64,000 nucleotides of DNA from Candidatus Saccharimonadota bacterium (GTDB lineage: Bacteria > Patescibacteriota > Saccharimonadia > Saccharimonadales > Saccharimonadaceae). The stretch spans positions 63,148 to 127,147 of the forward strand of contig DAICXK010000001.1 in NCBI GenBank assembly GCA_027312225.1. The letters run 5' to 3'. Shown one piece after another: positions 26,026-35,850 of the stretch; position 1 is the first letter of the stretch; the number at the start of each line of letters is the position of its first letter. A program made the translations under genes and the position numbers. Under the pieces are notes generated by a model, which was not told the DNA's origin, did not search any database, and saw nothing but the letters and a program-made list of their open reading frames with translations.

Positions 26026-27240
26026 CTATCGCACCAATAGGAAGCTATTTTTCCCTTTTTTCAATAACGCAATGTCATCAATGACGATGTCCTCGAATAT
26101 TTTCTCACCGTTACGTGAAATCGCACCACTTTTCAACAATCGACGCGCGTCACCATTACTGCTTGCAAGACCGGCCTCGACAAGTAACGAGACAACGGTT
26201 TGCCCCATAGGACCGACCGGTATTTCAGCAGCGAGCGCATCAAGGTCAGCATCACTGAGGCTCGCCACATCACCGCCACCAAATAGCACCTCGGTGACTC
26301 GCATAACACTCTCGGTACGATCACGCCCATGAACAAGTGCAGTGACTTCATGCGCTAGAATCTTCTGTGCTGACCGTGCGCCCGGATTAATGGCGTGGTT
26401 CTCGGCCGCAGCTTCAATCTCATCCTTGCCAAGCAGCGTGTATATCTTCATATAATCAATCACGCCCTCGTCATCGACATTCAACCAAAACTGATAGAAT
26501 TTGTAGACACTCGTCATCTCGGGATCAAGCCAAATTGCACCGCCTTCCGATTTGCCGAACTTCACCCCTGTCGCCTTATTGATGACAAGCGGTGTGCTGT
26601 ACACATGCGCTTCACCACCTTCGATGCGACGAATCAGATCAACGCCGGCAATTGAATTGCCCCACTGGTCAGCACCACATAGCTGCAGCGTAACGCCGTG
26701 ATCACGATAGAGATGCAGAAAATCATAGCCCTGAATTAACGCATAACTAAACTCGGCATAGCTAATACCGCTACCACCCTCGCCAATACGTGCCTGCACG
26801 AAATCACGTCCGAGCATTTGGCTCAGTGGCACATGCTTGCCAACTTCACGCAAAAACGTCAAATAGTTAATGTCTTTAAACCAATCGTAGTTATCGACGA
26901 CCGTAAAAGGTTTCTCGGCAAATATCTGCCGGTACTGCGCGGCGATGCCATTCTTATTGTCGGTAATCTCGTCGAGCGTCTTAAGGTTCCGCTCGTCTTT
27001 TTTACCGTCAGGGTCACCGATCATTCCTGTTGCTCCACCCACAAGCAAAAATGCATGGTGCCCGGCATCAATAAAGTGGCGCGCCATCATTGCTGCAGCA
27101 AAGTTACCGATCGTCATGCTACGCGCGCTTGGGTCTACCCCCCAATAGAAAGAGATAGGAGCACCGTCTAGGGCTGATAGATCTTCATAGGTCGTCTGGT
27201 TTACAAAACCACGCCATTTGAGCTCTTCGGAAAGTTTCAT
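26026..27240 (-). CDS. tyrS: Tyrosine--tRNA ligase (with C-terminal S4-like domain)
   Basis: Collinear with bacterial TyrRS (LKWRGFVNQTT, LVGGATGMIGDP, GADQWGN, KFGKSEGG = KMSKS). The HIGH position reads TIGN. Confidence 0.93.
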   Translation of the reverse strand: MKLSEELKWRGFVNQTTYEDLSALDGAPISFYWGVDPSARSMTIGNFAAAMMARHFIDAGHHAFLLVGGATGMIGDPDGKKDERNLKTLDEITDNKNGIAAQYRQIFAEKPFTVVDNYDWFKDINYLTFLREVGKHVPLSQMLGRDFVQARIGEGGSGISYAEFSYALIQGYDFLHLYRDHGVTLQLCGADQWGNSIAGVDLIRRIEGGEAHVYSTPLVINKATGVKFGKSEGGAIWLDPEMTSVYKFYQFWLNVDDEGVIDYMKIYTLLGKDEIEAAAENHAINPGARSAQKILAHEVTALVHGRDRTESVMRVTEVLFGGGDVASLSDADLDALAAEIPVGPMGQTVVSLLVEAGLASSNGDARRLLKSGAISRNGEKIFEDIVIDDIALLKKGKNSFLLVR

Positions 27241-27268
27241 TGTTTCTCCTTATCTGTTATCTGATTAA

Positions 27269-27277
27269 AGTGTAGCA
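27269..27277 (-). promoter_or_regulatory. Extended -10 promoter TGCTACACT for tyrS
   Basis: The minus strand reads TGCTACACT about 28 nt upstream of the tyrS ATG, with AAGGAGA as SD. The leader is too short for a T-box. Confidence 0.55.
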
Positions 27278-27305
27278 TAAAATGTACTTGCTGGGCGGAG
27301 TTTGA

Positions 27306-27314
27306 TGATACAAT
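27306..27314 (+). promoter_or_regulatory. Extended -10 promoter TGATACAAT for the PBP gene
   Basis: TGATACAAT lies about 33 nt upstream of the GTG start at 27348, with AAAGGAA as SD. Confidence 0.5.
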
Positions 27315-27347
27315 AGAATGTAATATTGCTTATGGGAAAAGGAACAC

Positions 27348-29984
27348 GTGGCTAAGAAACCATCAAAATCACGCAAACATAGCGTGTATGCAAACCTCGC
27401 GCACAAACGCAAGACAAAGAAGGATGCAGCCTCACGAAAGCGAGCAGAATATCTTGCAACGCTACCAAAACACCCCGTCAAACGGTTCTTTTACCGCCTT
27501 CACCCAAAGCGAGTCTTTAAATTCTGGTTCTCAAAACGTGGTTTTCTTCTTGGCCTCAAGATTTTTGGCGTTGCCGTCCTTCTTGGTGTCCTATTTGTCG
27601 GTGGACTCTTCGCCTATTTCCGCAAGGACCTTGATCAGATTCGCCCCGAAGAACTTGCCAAGCGCGTTCAGACAACCGTCTCCAAATACTACGACCGAAA
27701 CGGTGTGTTGCTATGGGAGGACAAGGGTAGCGACAATTACAAGCTCGTTGTCAAAAGTGAAGAGTTGAGCAAATACCTCAAGGATGCAACCGTCGCCATT
27801 GAAGACCGTGACTTCTACAAGCACAATGGCGTCAGCCCGTCAGGCATTATTCGCGCCGCCATCAACAACACCTCCAGCAATACTGTTCAAGGTGGATCGA
27901 CTCTCACGCAGCAACTTGTCAAACAAGTGTTCTTCACGGATGAAGCCGGCGAACGAGGCCTTGCGGGTATACCTCGAAAAATCAAGGAGGCAATTCTTGC
28001 CATCGAAGTTGAGCGCATGTACGACAAGGATCAAATCCTCACGCTCTACCTCAACGAATCACCATACGGTGGCCGTCGTAACGGCGCCGAATCAGCCGCG
28101 CAGACCTATTTCGGCAAATCAGCCAAGGATCTGACACTTCCAGAGGCAGCATTGCTGGCAGCAATTCCTCAAAATCCATCTGTCTATAATCCTTATAATG
28201 TTGCAGGCCACCCTGGCCTCATCGATCGCCAGCACACCGTCCTAGACTATATGGCGCGCGAAGGGTTTGTGACGCAAAAAGAAGCAGACGAAGCAAAGAA
28301 GGTTGCCATTATTGATTCTCTGCGGCCAGAAACTGATCAATTTGCCGACATCAAGGCCCCTCACTTTGTCCTTGCGGTCCGTTCTCAGCTCCAACAAGAA
28401 TTAGGTGCCGCGACCGTCGGAAAGGGCGGACTGACCATCAAAACAACACTCGATGTTCGCGTTCAAGAAAAGCTCGAAGCAGAGATGAACTCATTCTTTG
28501 CCAGTGGCATTCCTGAGTCGAACGGTATTAGCAACGGCGCTGCCACCGTTGAGGACACGCAGACCGGGCAAATCATTGCCCTCCTTGGTAGTCGTGATTT
28601 TCGATACCCAGGGTTCGGTCAAGACAACGCCTCGACCGCCTTTATCCAGCCAGGTTCAACCGTAAAGCCGCTTGTTTTTGCCAAACTCTTTGAAGACAAG
28701 GGCAGCGGTCAGCGGAATTACGGATCAGGCACGATACTAAAGGACGAGCGCATTGATAATATTTATGGCACGCGCCTTAATAACTGGGATAATCGTTTCA
28801 TGGGAGACCTCACTATTCGCCGCGGCCTTTCCCTGTCTCGCAATATACCAGCAGTCAAGGCAATGTACATTAACGGTGTTGACGAGAGCCTTGCTATGAT
28901 TCACGATCTTGGTGCAAAGAGTTACTGTACCCAAGAGGCCGCTGCAGGCGTTGGTCTGTCATCTGCCATCGGAGGATGTGGTGTCAAGCAGATTGACCTC
29001 GTCAATGCCTATTCTACCCTTGGCCGTTCAGGTACCTACAAACCTTCGACGATGGTTCTCGAAGTCAAGAATAGTAGTAACGAAACAATCAAAAAATGGA
29101 AAGATGAGGGCAAGCAGGTGCTTGATCCGCAGGTTGCCTATATTCTGGCTGATATCCTATCAGACCCAGATGCGCGCGCATCATTACATGGTCGATTCCC
29201 TCTTGGGCTCTATGTTGATGGCGTTCAGACCGCGGGAAAAACTGGCACCAGCGATAAGGACAGCAAGCCAAAAGACCTATGGATTATGAACTACAGTCCA
29301 ACCCTTACGATGGGGCTATGGCTTGGTAACTCTGACACCAGCACGATTCGCACCTCAAACTCAGTGCTAGGTGGTCGTGTCGTCAGTAACGTATTGTCAT
29401 ACGCCTACAAGGATATCTATGCCGCCGAGGGCAAGTGGAAGGCCGGTGATTGGTTTGGGCGGCCCGAAGGCATTCAGCAGCAAGGCCGAGAACTCTACCC
29501 ATCATGGTGGAATAAAAACCAGGGCCAAACCAAGCAAAAACTGACCTTTGACCGCGTCTCTAAGTTTAAGGCAACTGATTGTACACCCGCGGCTGCAAAA
29601 ATCGAAATCGAGGTACTCAGAAGTATTGATCCTGTGACAAAGCGTGAGGTATTCATTGCACCAGACGGCTACGATGCCAGCAAAGATGACGATAAACACG
29701 GTTGTGACGACCCGAAGCCAAGTGCGTCTATCAATGAATATTCATCATCAGGTGGTGGGACGGTATCCTTCACCGCCGGCCAGGGAAAGTTTGCCCTTCA
29801 AAGCATCGAGGTGTTGGTGGATGGTAAGTCCATCGCCAGTGTATCCGGTAGCGCAAGTTCGGCAGTTGTCGGATCGCTCAGTTCTGGTACTAAGATTACC
29901 ATTGTCGTTACAGACGAGGGATATTACAGCACTACTTCATCTACCTACACTGTCGGGTCAAGCGGAAGGCGTCAATCTTCTTGA
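27348..29984 (+). CDS. Class A penicillin-binding protein (glycosyltransferase GT51 + transpeptidase) with C-terminal Ig-like extension
   Basis: 878-aa ORF with an N-terminal TM anchor. Motifs seen: GT51 EDRDFYKHNGV and GGSTLTQQ, transpeptidase STVKP (SxxK) and KTGTS. Confidence 0.93.
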   Translation: MAKKPSKSRKHSVYANLAHKRKTKKDAASRKRAEYLATLPKHPVKRFFYRLHPKRVFKFWFSKRGFLLGLKIFGVAVLLGVLFVGGLFAYFRKDLDQIRPEELAKRVQTTVSKYYDRNGVLLWEDKGSDNYKLVVKSEELSKYLKDATVAIEDRDFYKHNGVSPSGIIRAAINNTSSNTVQGGSTLTQQLVKQVFFTDEAGERGLAGIPRKIKEAILAIEVERMYDKDQILTLYLNESPYGGRRNGAESAAQTYFGKSAKDLTLPEAALLAAIPQNPSVYNPYNVAGHPGLIDRQHTVLDYMAREGFVTQKEADEAKKVAIIDSLRPETDQFADIKAPHFVLAVRSQLQQELGAATVGKGGLTIKTTLDVRVQEKLEAEMNSFFASGIPESNGISNGAATVEDTQTGQIIALLGSRDFRYPGFGQDNASTAFIQPGSTVKPLVFAKLFEDKGSGQRNYGSGTILKDERIDNIYGTRLNNWDNRFMGDLTIRRGLSLSRNIPAVKAMYINGVDESLAMIHDLGAKSYCTQEAAAGVGLSSAIGGCGVKQIDLVNAYSTLGRSGTYKPSTMVLEVKNSSNETIKKWKDEGKQVLDPQVAYILADILSDPDARASLHGRFPLGLYVDGVQTAGKTGTSDKDSKPKDLWIMNYSPTLTMGLWLGNSDTSTIRTSNSVLGGRVVSNVLSYAYKDIYAAEGKWKAGDWFGRPEGIQQQGRELYPSWWNKNQGQTKQKLTFDRVSKFKATDCTPAAAKIEIEVLRSIDPVTKREVFIAPDGYDASKDDDKHGCDDPKPSASINEYSSSGGGTVSFTAGQGKFALQSIEVLVDGKSIASVSGSASSAVVGSLSSGTKITIVVTDEGYYSTTSSTYTVGSSGRRQSS

Positions 29985-30895
29985 TTATTCACAAGTTCGA
30001 TAAGGCGAGATTCATTGTCTCGCTTTTTCGGCGCACGCGGCGCGGCGTTCGCACGCCGTGACGTTGCAGGCGAAGGCCCACCTGTAGCGGGTTTCTCAGG
30101 TGGAGTCTGGTGCTTCTGCTTGCCGTCATGATCTCGAGGCTGCTGTTTTTGAGGCCGACGACCCTTACCGGCAGTTGTCCCGCGTTGCGCCGGTTGCTTG
30201 GCAGGCTCGACAAGACGAGCAAACATCATCTTGCCTGCTGCGGTCTGCAGGCTACGAATAACCTCCACTTCAACAACGCTACCAATCTTTGATTTTGCCT
30301 GCTCTACCACCACCATTGTGCCATCATCGAGATGACCGACTGCCTGGGTGTTATCGTTGCCTTTTGTCGTCAGCGCCAGCGTCACCTTCTCGCCTGGCAA
30401 ATGTGCCATACGAAGAGACATTGCAAGGTCGTTAACGTTCAGGACGACAATCTGTTCGACCTGTGCAACCTTGTTGAGGTTATAGTCAATCGTGCATACT
30501 GCTCCGCCGTGTTGTTTGGCAAGCTTCAGAAGGCGTTCATCAACACCCTCTTCTGCCCGGCTACCGTCTTGGAATATCTCGACATTAACCGTGTCGAGAG
30601 CCTGGAGTTCCCGCACGATATCAAGCCCATGACGAGCCCTCGCACGCTTTTCGCTGTCGGCATTATCTGCCAGAAATTGCAGCTCACCAATGACACTACG
30701 TGGAATGAGTAGTGTGTCCGAAATGAATCCTGATTGCGCCACTGCAACAATGCGTCCGTCAATGAGAACCGACGTGTCGACGAATATAGGTCGGCCCGCT
30801 CGGACCTTAGCGCCAAGCGCGCCTGGTGTTTTTGTCAATATATAGGTAAGTTCTGCCAAGATAAGCAGTAATAAAATAATGATTAATGTATCCAT
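29972..30895 (-). CDS. PIN + TRAM domain protein (YacL-like) with basic C-terminal tail
   Basis: 307-aa ORF with an N-terminal TM helix, a PIN-like block FVDTSVLIDGRI ... TIDYNLNK, a TRAM-like beta region and an Arg/Pro/Lys-rich tail. Downstream of radA, as in Firmicutes. Confidence 0.75.
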   Translation of the reverse strand: MDTLIIILLLLILAELTYILTKTPGALGAKVRAGRPIFVDTSVLIDGRIVAVAQSGFISDTLLIPRSVIGELQFLADNADSEKRARARHGLDIVRELQALDTVNVEIFQDGSRAEEGVDERLLKLAKQHGGAVCTIDYNLNKVAQVEQIVVLNVNDLAMSLRMAHLPGEKVTLALTTKGNDNTQAVGHLDDGTMVVVEQAKSKIGSVVEVEVIRSLQTAAGKMMFARLVEPAKQPAQRGTTAGKGRRPQKQQPRDHDGKQKHQTPPEKPATGGPSPATSRRANAAPRAPKKRDNESRLIELVNNQED

Positions 30896-30914
30896 ATGTT
30901 GTTTCTCCTACGGA

Positions 30915-32264
30915 CTACTTTACGTAGTCGATCAAGGCTTGACGGATGTCGCCAACGCCCGTAATAAATGTATTTTTTGCCGAGCTTTTAGGGGCAATTG
31001 CTCGTGTAAACCCAAGTTTTTTCGCCTCTGCCACACGCTTGTCGAGCGCGACGACACTGCGTACTTCACCGCCAAGTCCCACCTCACCGAATACCACCGT
31101 ACCCTCGTCAACCTTGCGCCCAGCCGCGGCGCTGGCGATCGCCATGCAAATCGCAAGGTCGGCCGCCTGATCTTGCAGCTTCAGCCCACCGACAACGTTC
31201 ACATAAATGTCTTTGTCTGATAAATTCAATTTTGTTCGCCGCTCGAGAACGGCAATAAGAAGATTGAGTCGGTTCAGGTCAAATCCTGAGGCTGTACGTT
31301 TAGGATACCCGAAATTTGTCGGGCTGACAAGTGCCTGAATCTCGACAAGGAGCGGACGCGTACCCTCGAGGGTCGCCAGTACTACTGATCCGTCGGCATT
31401 CTGACGCTCGGCCAACAAGGCTGCTGATGGATTTTCCACGACGCGCAGACCCTCTTCATACATCTCAAATATGGCCGCTTCCGCCGTCGAACCATAGCGA
31501 TTTTTCACGGCACGTACGACCTTGAAGCCGCCATATCTATCGCCCTCAAACTGCAATACCACGTCAACAAGATGCTCCAGCACCTTTGGTCCGGCAATAC
31601 TGCCTTCTTTAGTAACATGTCCTACCAGGATCACTGCTGCGCCCGCTTCTTTAGCAGCACGAATAATGACATTACTGCTATTGGTAATCTGACTAACAGT
31701 GCCTGGCGCGCTGGTAATCTCTTCGAGGCCAAGCGTTTGAATCGAGTCGATAATCACCAGCTTGTGTGCACCTGCTCGAATCGTCGCCGCAATGTCATCA
31801 GCACTAGTACTCGCCACAAAGCTCAGTTGCTCGCTGCTATTCGCTCCCAGACGTTCTGCCCGTAGCCGCACCTGGCTGGCTGACTCCTCGCCACTGACGT
31901 ACAGGGTTGGTTCCTTTTTCGCAATTGAAGCCGTGACTTGCAACAGCAGCGTGCTCTTTCCGATACCTGGCTGCCCCGCTAGCAGCACAACGCCTCCCGG
32001 TAGAATGCCGCCGCCCAGTACCGTATCAAGGTCAGGAATGCCCGTACTTAACCGTACAATGCTATCCTCTGCACTGATCGAGCGCAGCGTACGGGCCTCC
32101 AGTACTTTGCCACTAGTACGAGCACGTGCGACAACAGACTTTCCTGTATCGAGCGTCTGCTCGACCAACGAATTCCACTCACCACAGTTCTCGCACTTGC
32201 CTGTCCATTTGCCGTACACTTGACCGCAATGCTGGCAGACAAATTGTGTTTTTACTTTCGCCAT
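30915..32264 (-). CDS. radA: DNA repair protein RadA
   Basis: 449-aa ORF with a CxxC-x-CxxC zinc finger (CQHCG...CENCGEW), Walker A GQPGIGKST, KNRYG and a Lon-like C-terminal domain. Confidence 0.95.
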   Translation of the reverse strand: MAKVKTQFVCQHCGQVYGKWTGKCENCGEWNSLVEQTLDTGKSVVARARTSGKVLEARTLRSISAEDSIVRLSTGIPDLDTVLGGGILPGGVVLLAGQPGIGKSTLLLQVTASIAKKEPTLYVSGEESASQVRLRAERLGANSSEQLSFVASTSADDIAATIRAGAHKLVIIDSIQTLGLEEITSAPGTVSQITNSSNVIIRAAKEAGAAVILVGHVTKEGSIAGPKVLEHLVDVVLQFEGDRYGGFKVVRAVKNRYGSTAEAAIFEMYEEGLRVVENPSAALLAERQNADGSVVLATLEGTRPLLVEIQALVSPTNFGYPKRTASGFDLNRLNLLIAVLERRTKLNLSDKDIYVNVVGGLKLQDQAADLAICMAIASAAAGRKVDEGTVVFGEVGLGGEVRSVVALDKRVAEAKKLGFTRAIAPKSSAKNTFITGVGDIRQALIDYVK

Positions 32265-32271
32265 TACTTCT

Positions 32272-32277
32272 AGTGTA
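32272..32277 (-). promoter_or_regulatory. -10-like TACACT, 7 nt upstream of the radA ATG
   Basis: The minus strand reads TACACT AGAAGTA ATG within the 15-nt gap after the upstream gene. Confidence 0.3.
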
Positions 32278-32279
32278 CC

Positions 32280-33272
32280 TTACTCTGCTGTGTCGGATGA
32301 TGATTTTAGACTGTCCATACTATTTGTCAGTGTCTCAGACCTGATAACAAGGCTATTGTACTGCCGGATCTTCTCTTGGTACTCGCCTTGACGGCGATCG
32401 AGCGAGCGCTCTTCTTGCTCTAAGTGTGCACGCCGTGCCATCAACGCGCCCTGGGCTGCGTTATAGGCGTTCACTTCCGCGTAGCTGGTATTATCGATCG
32501 TATTAGCCCTGTTGTTATGCGCCGTAATCTCAGCCTCTAACTTGGTAACGGCAGCGTTATATACGGCAATATCAGCATTAAGCGCCGCTAGCATCGCCTC
32601 AGCCTCTTGCCGCAACGATTCTGATTGCTTTTTGAGGGCGGTGAAGACCGTCTCGTAACTGGTATGTAGCCGTACGACGGCTTGCCGATCCACGAAATAC
32701 TGGGCATAATGCCGTTCTAATTCTTCGTCAAGCTCGGTAAACTCGGTTGCCAAAATACTATGAAGCTCGTTAACCCGCTCTCCCGGCTGCTGCCGTTCAT
32801 AGTACGCCATCCTCTCTTCCAGCGCGTCCGTTTTGACGCGCTCATAGACCTGTTCGAGATGGCGCTCGAGATGCGTCTTTTCTTTAGTCGACATTCGGCT
32901 CCAGACCGCGTGCAGCATTTCATGGGCAGCCGTCACCTCTGTGATGCCACTAAGCTCTGGATTGTCAACGCGGTATATATAGATATTGACCCCATCGTAG
33001 CATCCTAAGATTGCCGCTGTTGCCTCTCTCCGTGTACACTGCTGATTAAACTCGGTCGCCTCACTGACGACGGGTTCTGTCGCATAGAAGAGAAACTTGC
33101 CTCTGTCACTCATGCCTGCCAGGGGAGGGATCGCCGCGATTTCAGCTGACGGCGTATACGATTGGACGGTCTGCCAGTCGTAAAGGAACTGACGGTTACC
33201 CCATACCCATACAGCACCCGCAACAACAAGCAATAAGCCGACAAGAAGTACACTACGTTTCACGAGTGACAT
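32280..33272 (-). CDS. Membrane-anchored HExxH protein with long coiled-coil C-terminus (putative metallopeptidase)
   Basis: 330-aa ORF with an N-terminal TM helix, VTAAHEMLHAVW (HExxH) and a C-terminal ~150 aa of heptad-like Ala/Glu/Leu-rich sequence. Overlaps the clpC 3' end by 20 nt. Confidence 0.5.
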   Translation of the reverse strand: MSLVKRSVLLVGLLLVVAGAVWVWGNRQFLYDWQTVQSYTPSAEIAAIPPLAGMSDRGKFLFYATEPVVSEATEFNQQCTRREATAAILGCYDGVNIYIYRVDNPELSGITEVTAAHEMLHAVWSRMSTKEKTHLERHLEQVYERVKTDALEERMAYYERQQPGERVNELHSILATEFTELDEELERHYAQYFVDRQAVVRLHTSYETVFTALKKQSESLRQEAEAMLAALNADIAVYNAAVTKLEAEITAHNNRANTIDNTSYAEVNAYNAAQGALMARRAHLEQEERSLDRRQGEYQEKIRQYNSLVIRSETLTNSMDSLKSSSDTAE

Positions 33273-35724
33273 CTATCACTACCTCGCCCTTCTCGGCCCG
33301 TGCCATAATCACGTCGCCCGGCTCGTACGCTCCCCCTAAGATACCGTCTGCAATAAGATGTTCGAGGTCATCTTGAATAGCCCTACGAAGTGGCCGTGCC
33401 CCATATACCTCATCATAGCCTTTTTGTATTAATAACCGTTTCGCAGAAGGCTTCACCACCAGATGGATCCCCTTTCGGACAATACGATCCTGGAGTTCAC
33501 TGACGAGAGTATCAAATATCTTGCCAACTTCTTTCTTCGTCAGGGCACGGAACGTAATAATCGCGTCGAACCGATTGATAAGCTCGGGGCGCATCATTCG
33601 CTCCAGTGCCTCGCGGGCTGCAACAGCATTTTTCGCGTGCTCGGCGTCCATTTCTTTTTCATCAGCCTTCGTCGAGGCATGAAAACCTAAGCTTGACTCT
33701 TTGCGCATCTTATCAGCACCGAGATTGCTCGTCAGGATGATAATCGTGTTACTGAAATTTACTTTGCGCCCCTTGGCATCGGTAAGCGTCCCATCTTCAA
33801 GGAGCTGCAGAAGAAGCTGGAATACCTCAGGATGTGCCTTCTCAATTTCATCAAACAGTACAACGCTGTAAGGCTGACGACGGATCTTATCTGTCAGCTG
33901 CCCGCCATCTTCGTATCCAACATATCCGGCAGGCGCCCCTAGTAGCCGGCTCGTGTTATGGCGCTCGCCAAACTCGCTCATGTCGATCTTAATGAGCGCA
34001 TCATCGCTGCCGAACACCTCTCGTGCCAATACCTTAGCCAATTCCGTCTTGCCAACGCCAGTGGGACCCATAAACACAAAGGACCCGATCGGACGCTTTG
34101 TACTTGCGACGCCACTGCGACTACGGCGCACCGCCTTAGCAACTCGTTCGAGCGCCTCTCGCTGCCCAATGATATACTTGCCAAGATGCCGCTCAAGTTG
34201 GCGTAGCATCGTCGCTTCGGACCGCTGGACCCTCGACACAGGAACTCCCGTCATTGTTGCGATTGCATGCGCAACATCATCATCCGTTAAGATGATCGGC
34301 GTCTTTTTCTCAAACGCCTCCTTTGTTTCGGCAAGCTTGTCGCTAAGCTGGCTAATTCGCGTTTTATAGAGTGCGGCACGTTCGTAATCTTCGTTTGCGA
34401 CCGCGTCTTCCATTTTTTCATTGAGGTTCTTGAGCTGCTTCATGTAGTCGCGCACCTTGCTCGGCTTGCGACCCGAACGCACACGCACCAATGATGCAGC
34501 TTCATCAATAACGTCAATCGCCTTGTCTGGCATAAACCGTTCGGACACATACCGATCAGCCATATAGACTGCATGCTCGATTATATCGTCACCCAACGAC
34601 ACGCCGTGGTGCCTCTCATAGTGACTGCGTAGCCCTTTTAAGATTGAGATAGTATCCTTAAGACTTGGCTCGGGAACAATAATCGACTGGAACCGTCGGT
34701 CAAGGGCTGCATCCTTTTCAATGTGCTTGCGATATTCGTCAAGTGTTGTCGCACCAATCAATCGTAATTCACCCCTGGCAAGTGCTGGCTTTAGCATGTT
34801 TGCCGCATCTAGCGCGCCCTCGGCTGCGCCAGCCCCTACCAGTAGGTGAAGCTCATCGATGAAAACGATGGTGTTCTTTTGTTGGCGAAGTTCCGTTGTT
34901 ACCTTCTTAAGCCGCTCTTCGAATTCTCCGCGATATTTTGTTCCTGCAATCATTGCAGTCAGATCAAGCTGGACAATACGCTTGTCAAGTAAGTAGTCGG
35001 GGACATCCTCGTGGACGATACGCTGCGCCAAACCCTCGACAATGGCTGTCTTGCCGACACCAGGTTCACCGATAAGTACGGGATTGTTCTTTGTGCGTCG
35101 ACTTAGAATAGTTACGAGACGCTCGATCTGTGCGTCCCGGCCAACCACCGGGTCAAGTTCGCCTTGTTTGGCGCGAGCCGTCAGGTCGATACCAAAGACT
35201 CCAAGCGCACCCCCGCTTTTCTTGCGCTGCCCAGGTGCCGCCTCTGCCGCTGGGTTATGAAGCCCGCTCGTATGACGATCAAAAAACTCTTCTAATTCGC
35301 TCGTTAACTCTGCAACATTGACATCCATATCACGCAGGAGCACCGTCGCGCGAGCGTTCTTTTGACTTACGATACTGTAAAGAATATGTTCAGTCCCCAG
35401 GTAGTCCTGGTGAAATTCTTGCGCTATTTCCCAGCTCATTTTCAAAGTCAGCTTGGCAGTTTCGGACAATCCCTTTGCACCTGAGTCAATAACAAGTGTA
35501 CGCGGCGTCATATTAAGCGCGGTTTCCGCCCGATCGAGCGTCACGCCCGCATCTGCTAATAATTTTGCGCCGACCGACGAGCCTTGTGCAAGCACGCCAA
35601 GGAGGAGATGCTCGGTACCGATATATGCGCTACCATACCCTTGGGCAATCGAGCCAGCATGCTGCAGGCTTATCCGGGCATTCTCTGTAAGATGAGTGAT
35701 AAATTCTGCAAAATCATCTGCCAT
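33253..35724 (-). CDS. clpC: ClpC-type AAA+ chaperone (Clp protease ATP-binding subunit)
   Basis: Clp-N repeats ([22 protein letters not shown]), two AAA+ modules ([16 protein letters not shown]) and a middle coiled coil. Start set at MADDFAEF (35724). The track start 35778 is possible but adds a non-conserved 18 aa. Confidence 0.93.
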   Translation of the reverse strand: MADDFAEFITHLTENARISLQHAGSIAQGYGSAYIGTEHLLLGVLAQGSSVGAKLLADAGVTLDRAETALNMTPRTLVIDSGAKGLSETAKLTLKMSWEIAQEFHQDYLGTEHILYSIVSQKNARATVLLRDMDVNVAELTSELEEFFDRHTSGLHNPAAEAAPGQRKKSGGALGVFGIDLTARAKQGELDPVVGRDAQIERLVTILSRRTKNNPVLIGEPGVGKTAIVEGLAQRIVHEDVPDYLLDKRIVQLDLTAMIAGTKYRGEFEERLKKVTTELRQQKNTIVFIDELHLLVGAGAAEGALDAANMLKPALARGELRLIGATTLDEYRKHIEKDAALDRRFQSIIVPEPSLKDTISILKGLRSHYERHHGVSLGDDIIEHAVYMADRYVSERFMPDKAIDVIDEAASLVRVRSGRKPSKVRDYMKQLKNLNEKMEDAVANEDYERAALYKTRISQLSDKLAETKEAFEKKTPIILTDDDVAHAIATMTGVPVSRVQRSEATMLRQLERHLGKYIIGQREALERVAKAVRRSRSGVASTKRPIGSFVFMGPTGVGKTELAKVLAREVFGSDDALIKIDMSEFGERHNTSRLLGAPAGYVGYEDGGQLTDKIRRQPYSVVLFDEIEKAHPEVFQLLLQLLEDGTLTDAKGRKVNFSNTIIILTSNLGADKMRKESSLGFHASTKADEKEMDAEHAKNAVAAREALERMMRPELINRFDAIITFRALTKKEVGKIFDTLVSELQDRIVRKGIHLVVKPSAKRLLIQKGYDEVYGARPLRRAIQDDLEHLIADGILGGAYEPGDVIMARAEKGEVVIDVTRET

Positions 35725-35790
35725 ATTTCTATTATCTCGCCTCCTATTCATGAACGCAAGCATTATGCTCAATGCCATGCTTATACATTC

Positions 35791-35819
35791 AGTATATATA
35801 AAACTAGCACTCTCGTCAA
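35791..35819 (-). promoter_or_regulatory. clpC promoter TTGACG-N17-TATACT
   Basis: Minus strand: TTGACG (35814-35819) lies within the CIRCE spacer and TATACT at 35791-35796. Same layout as at clpP. Confidence 0.55.
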
Positions 35820-35830
35820 TAGAGTGCTAG
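35804..35830. promoter_or_regulatory. CIRCE-type inverted repeat upstream of clpC (also the hairpin following nusA)
   Basis: CTAGCACTC-TCGTCAATA-GAGTGCTAG versus the consensus TTAGCACTC-N9-GAGTGCTAA. Flanked by A/T runs. Confidence 0.8.
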
Positions 35831-35850
35831 TTTTTGTCTTTTCTCGGAAA

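Noticed and set aside
27257-27481. 74-aa minus-strand ORF spanning the tyrS/PBP intergenic region
   Set aside because: It overlaps both divergent promoters and the PBP 5' end. It is Cys/Phe-rich with improbable composition.
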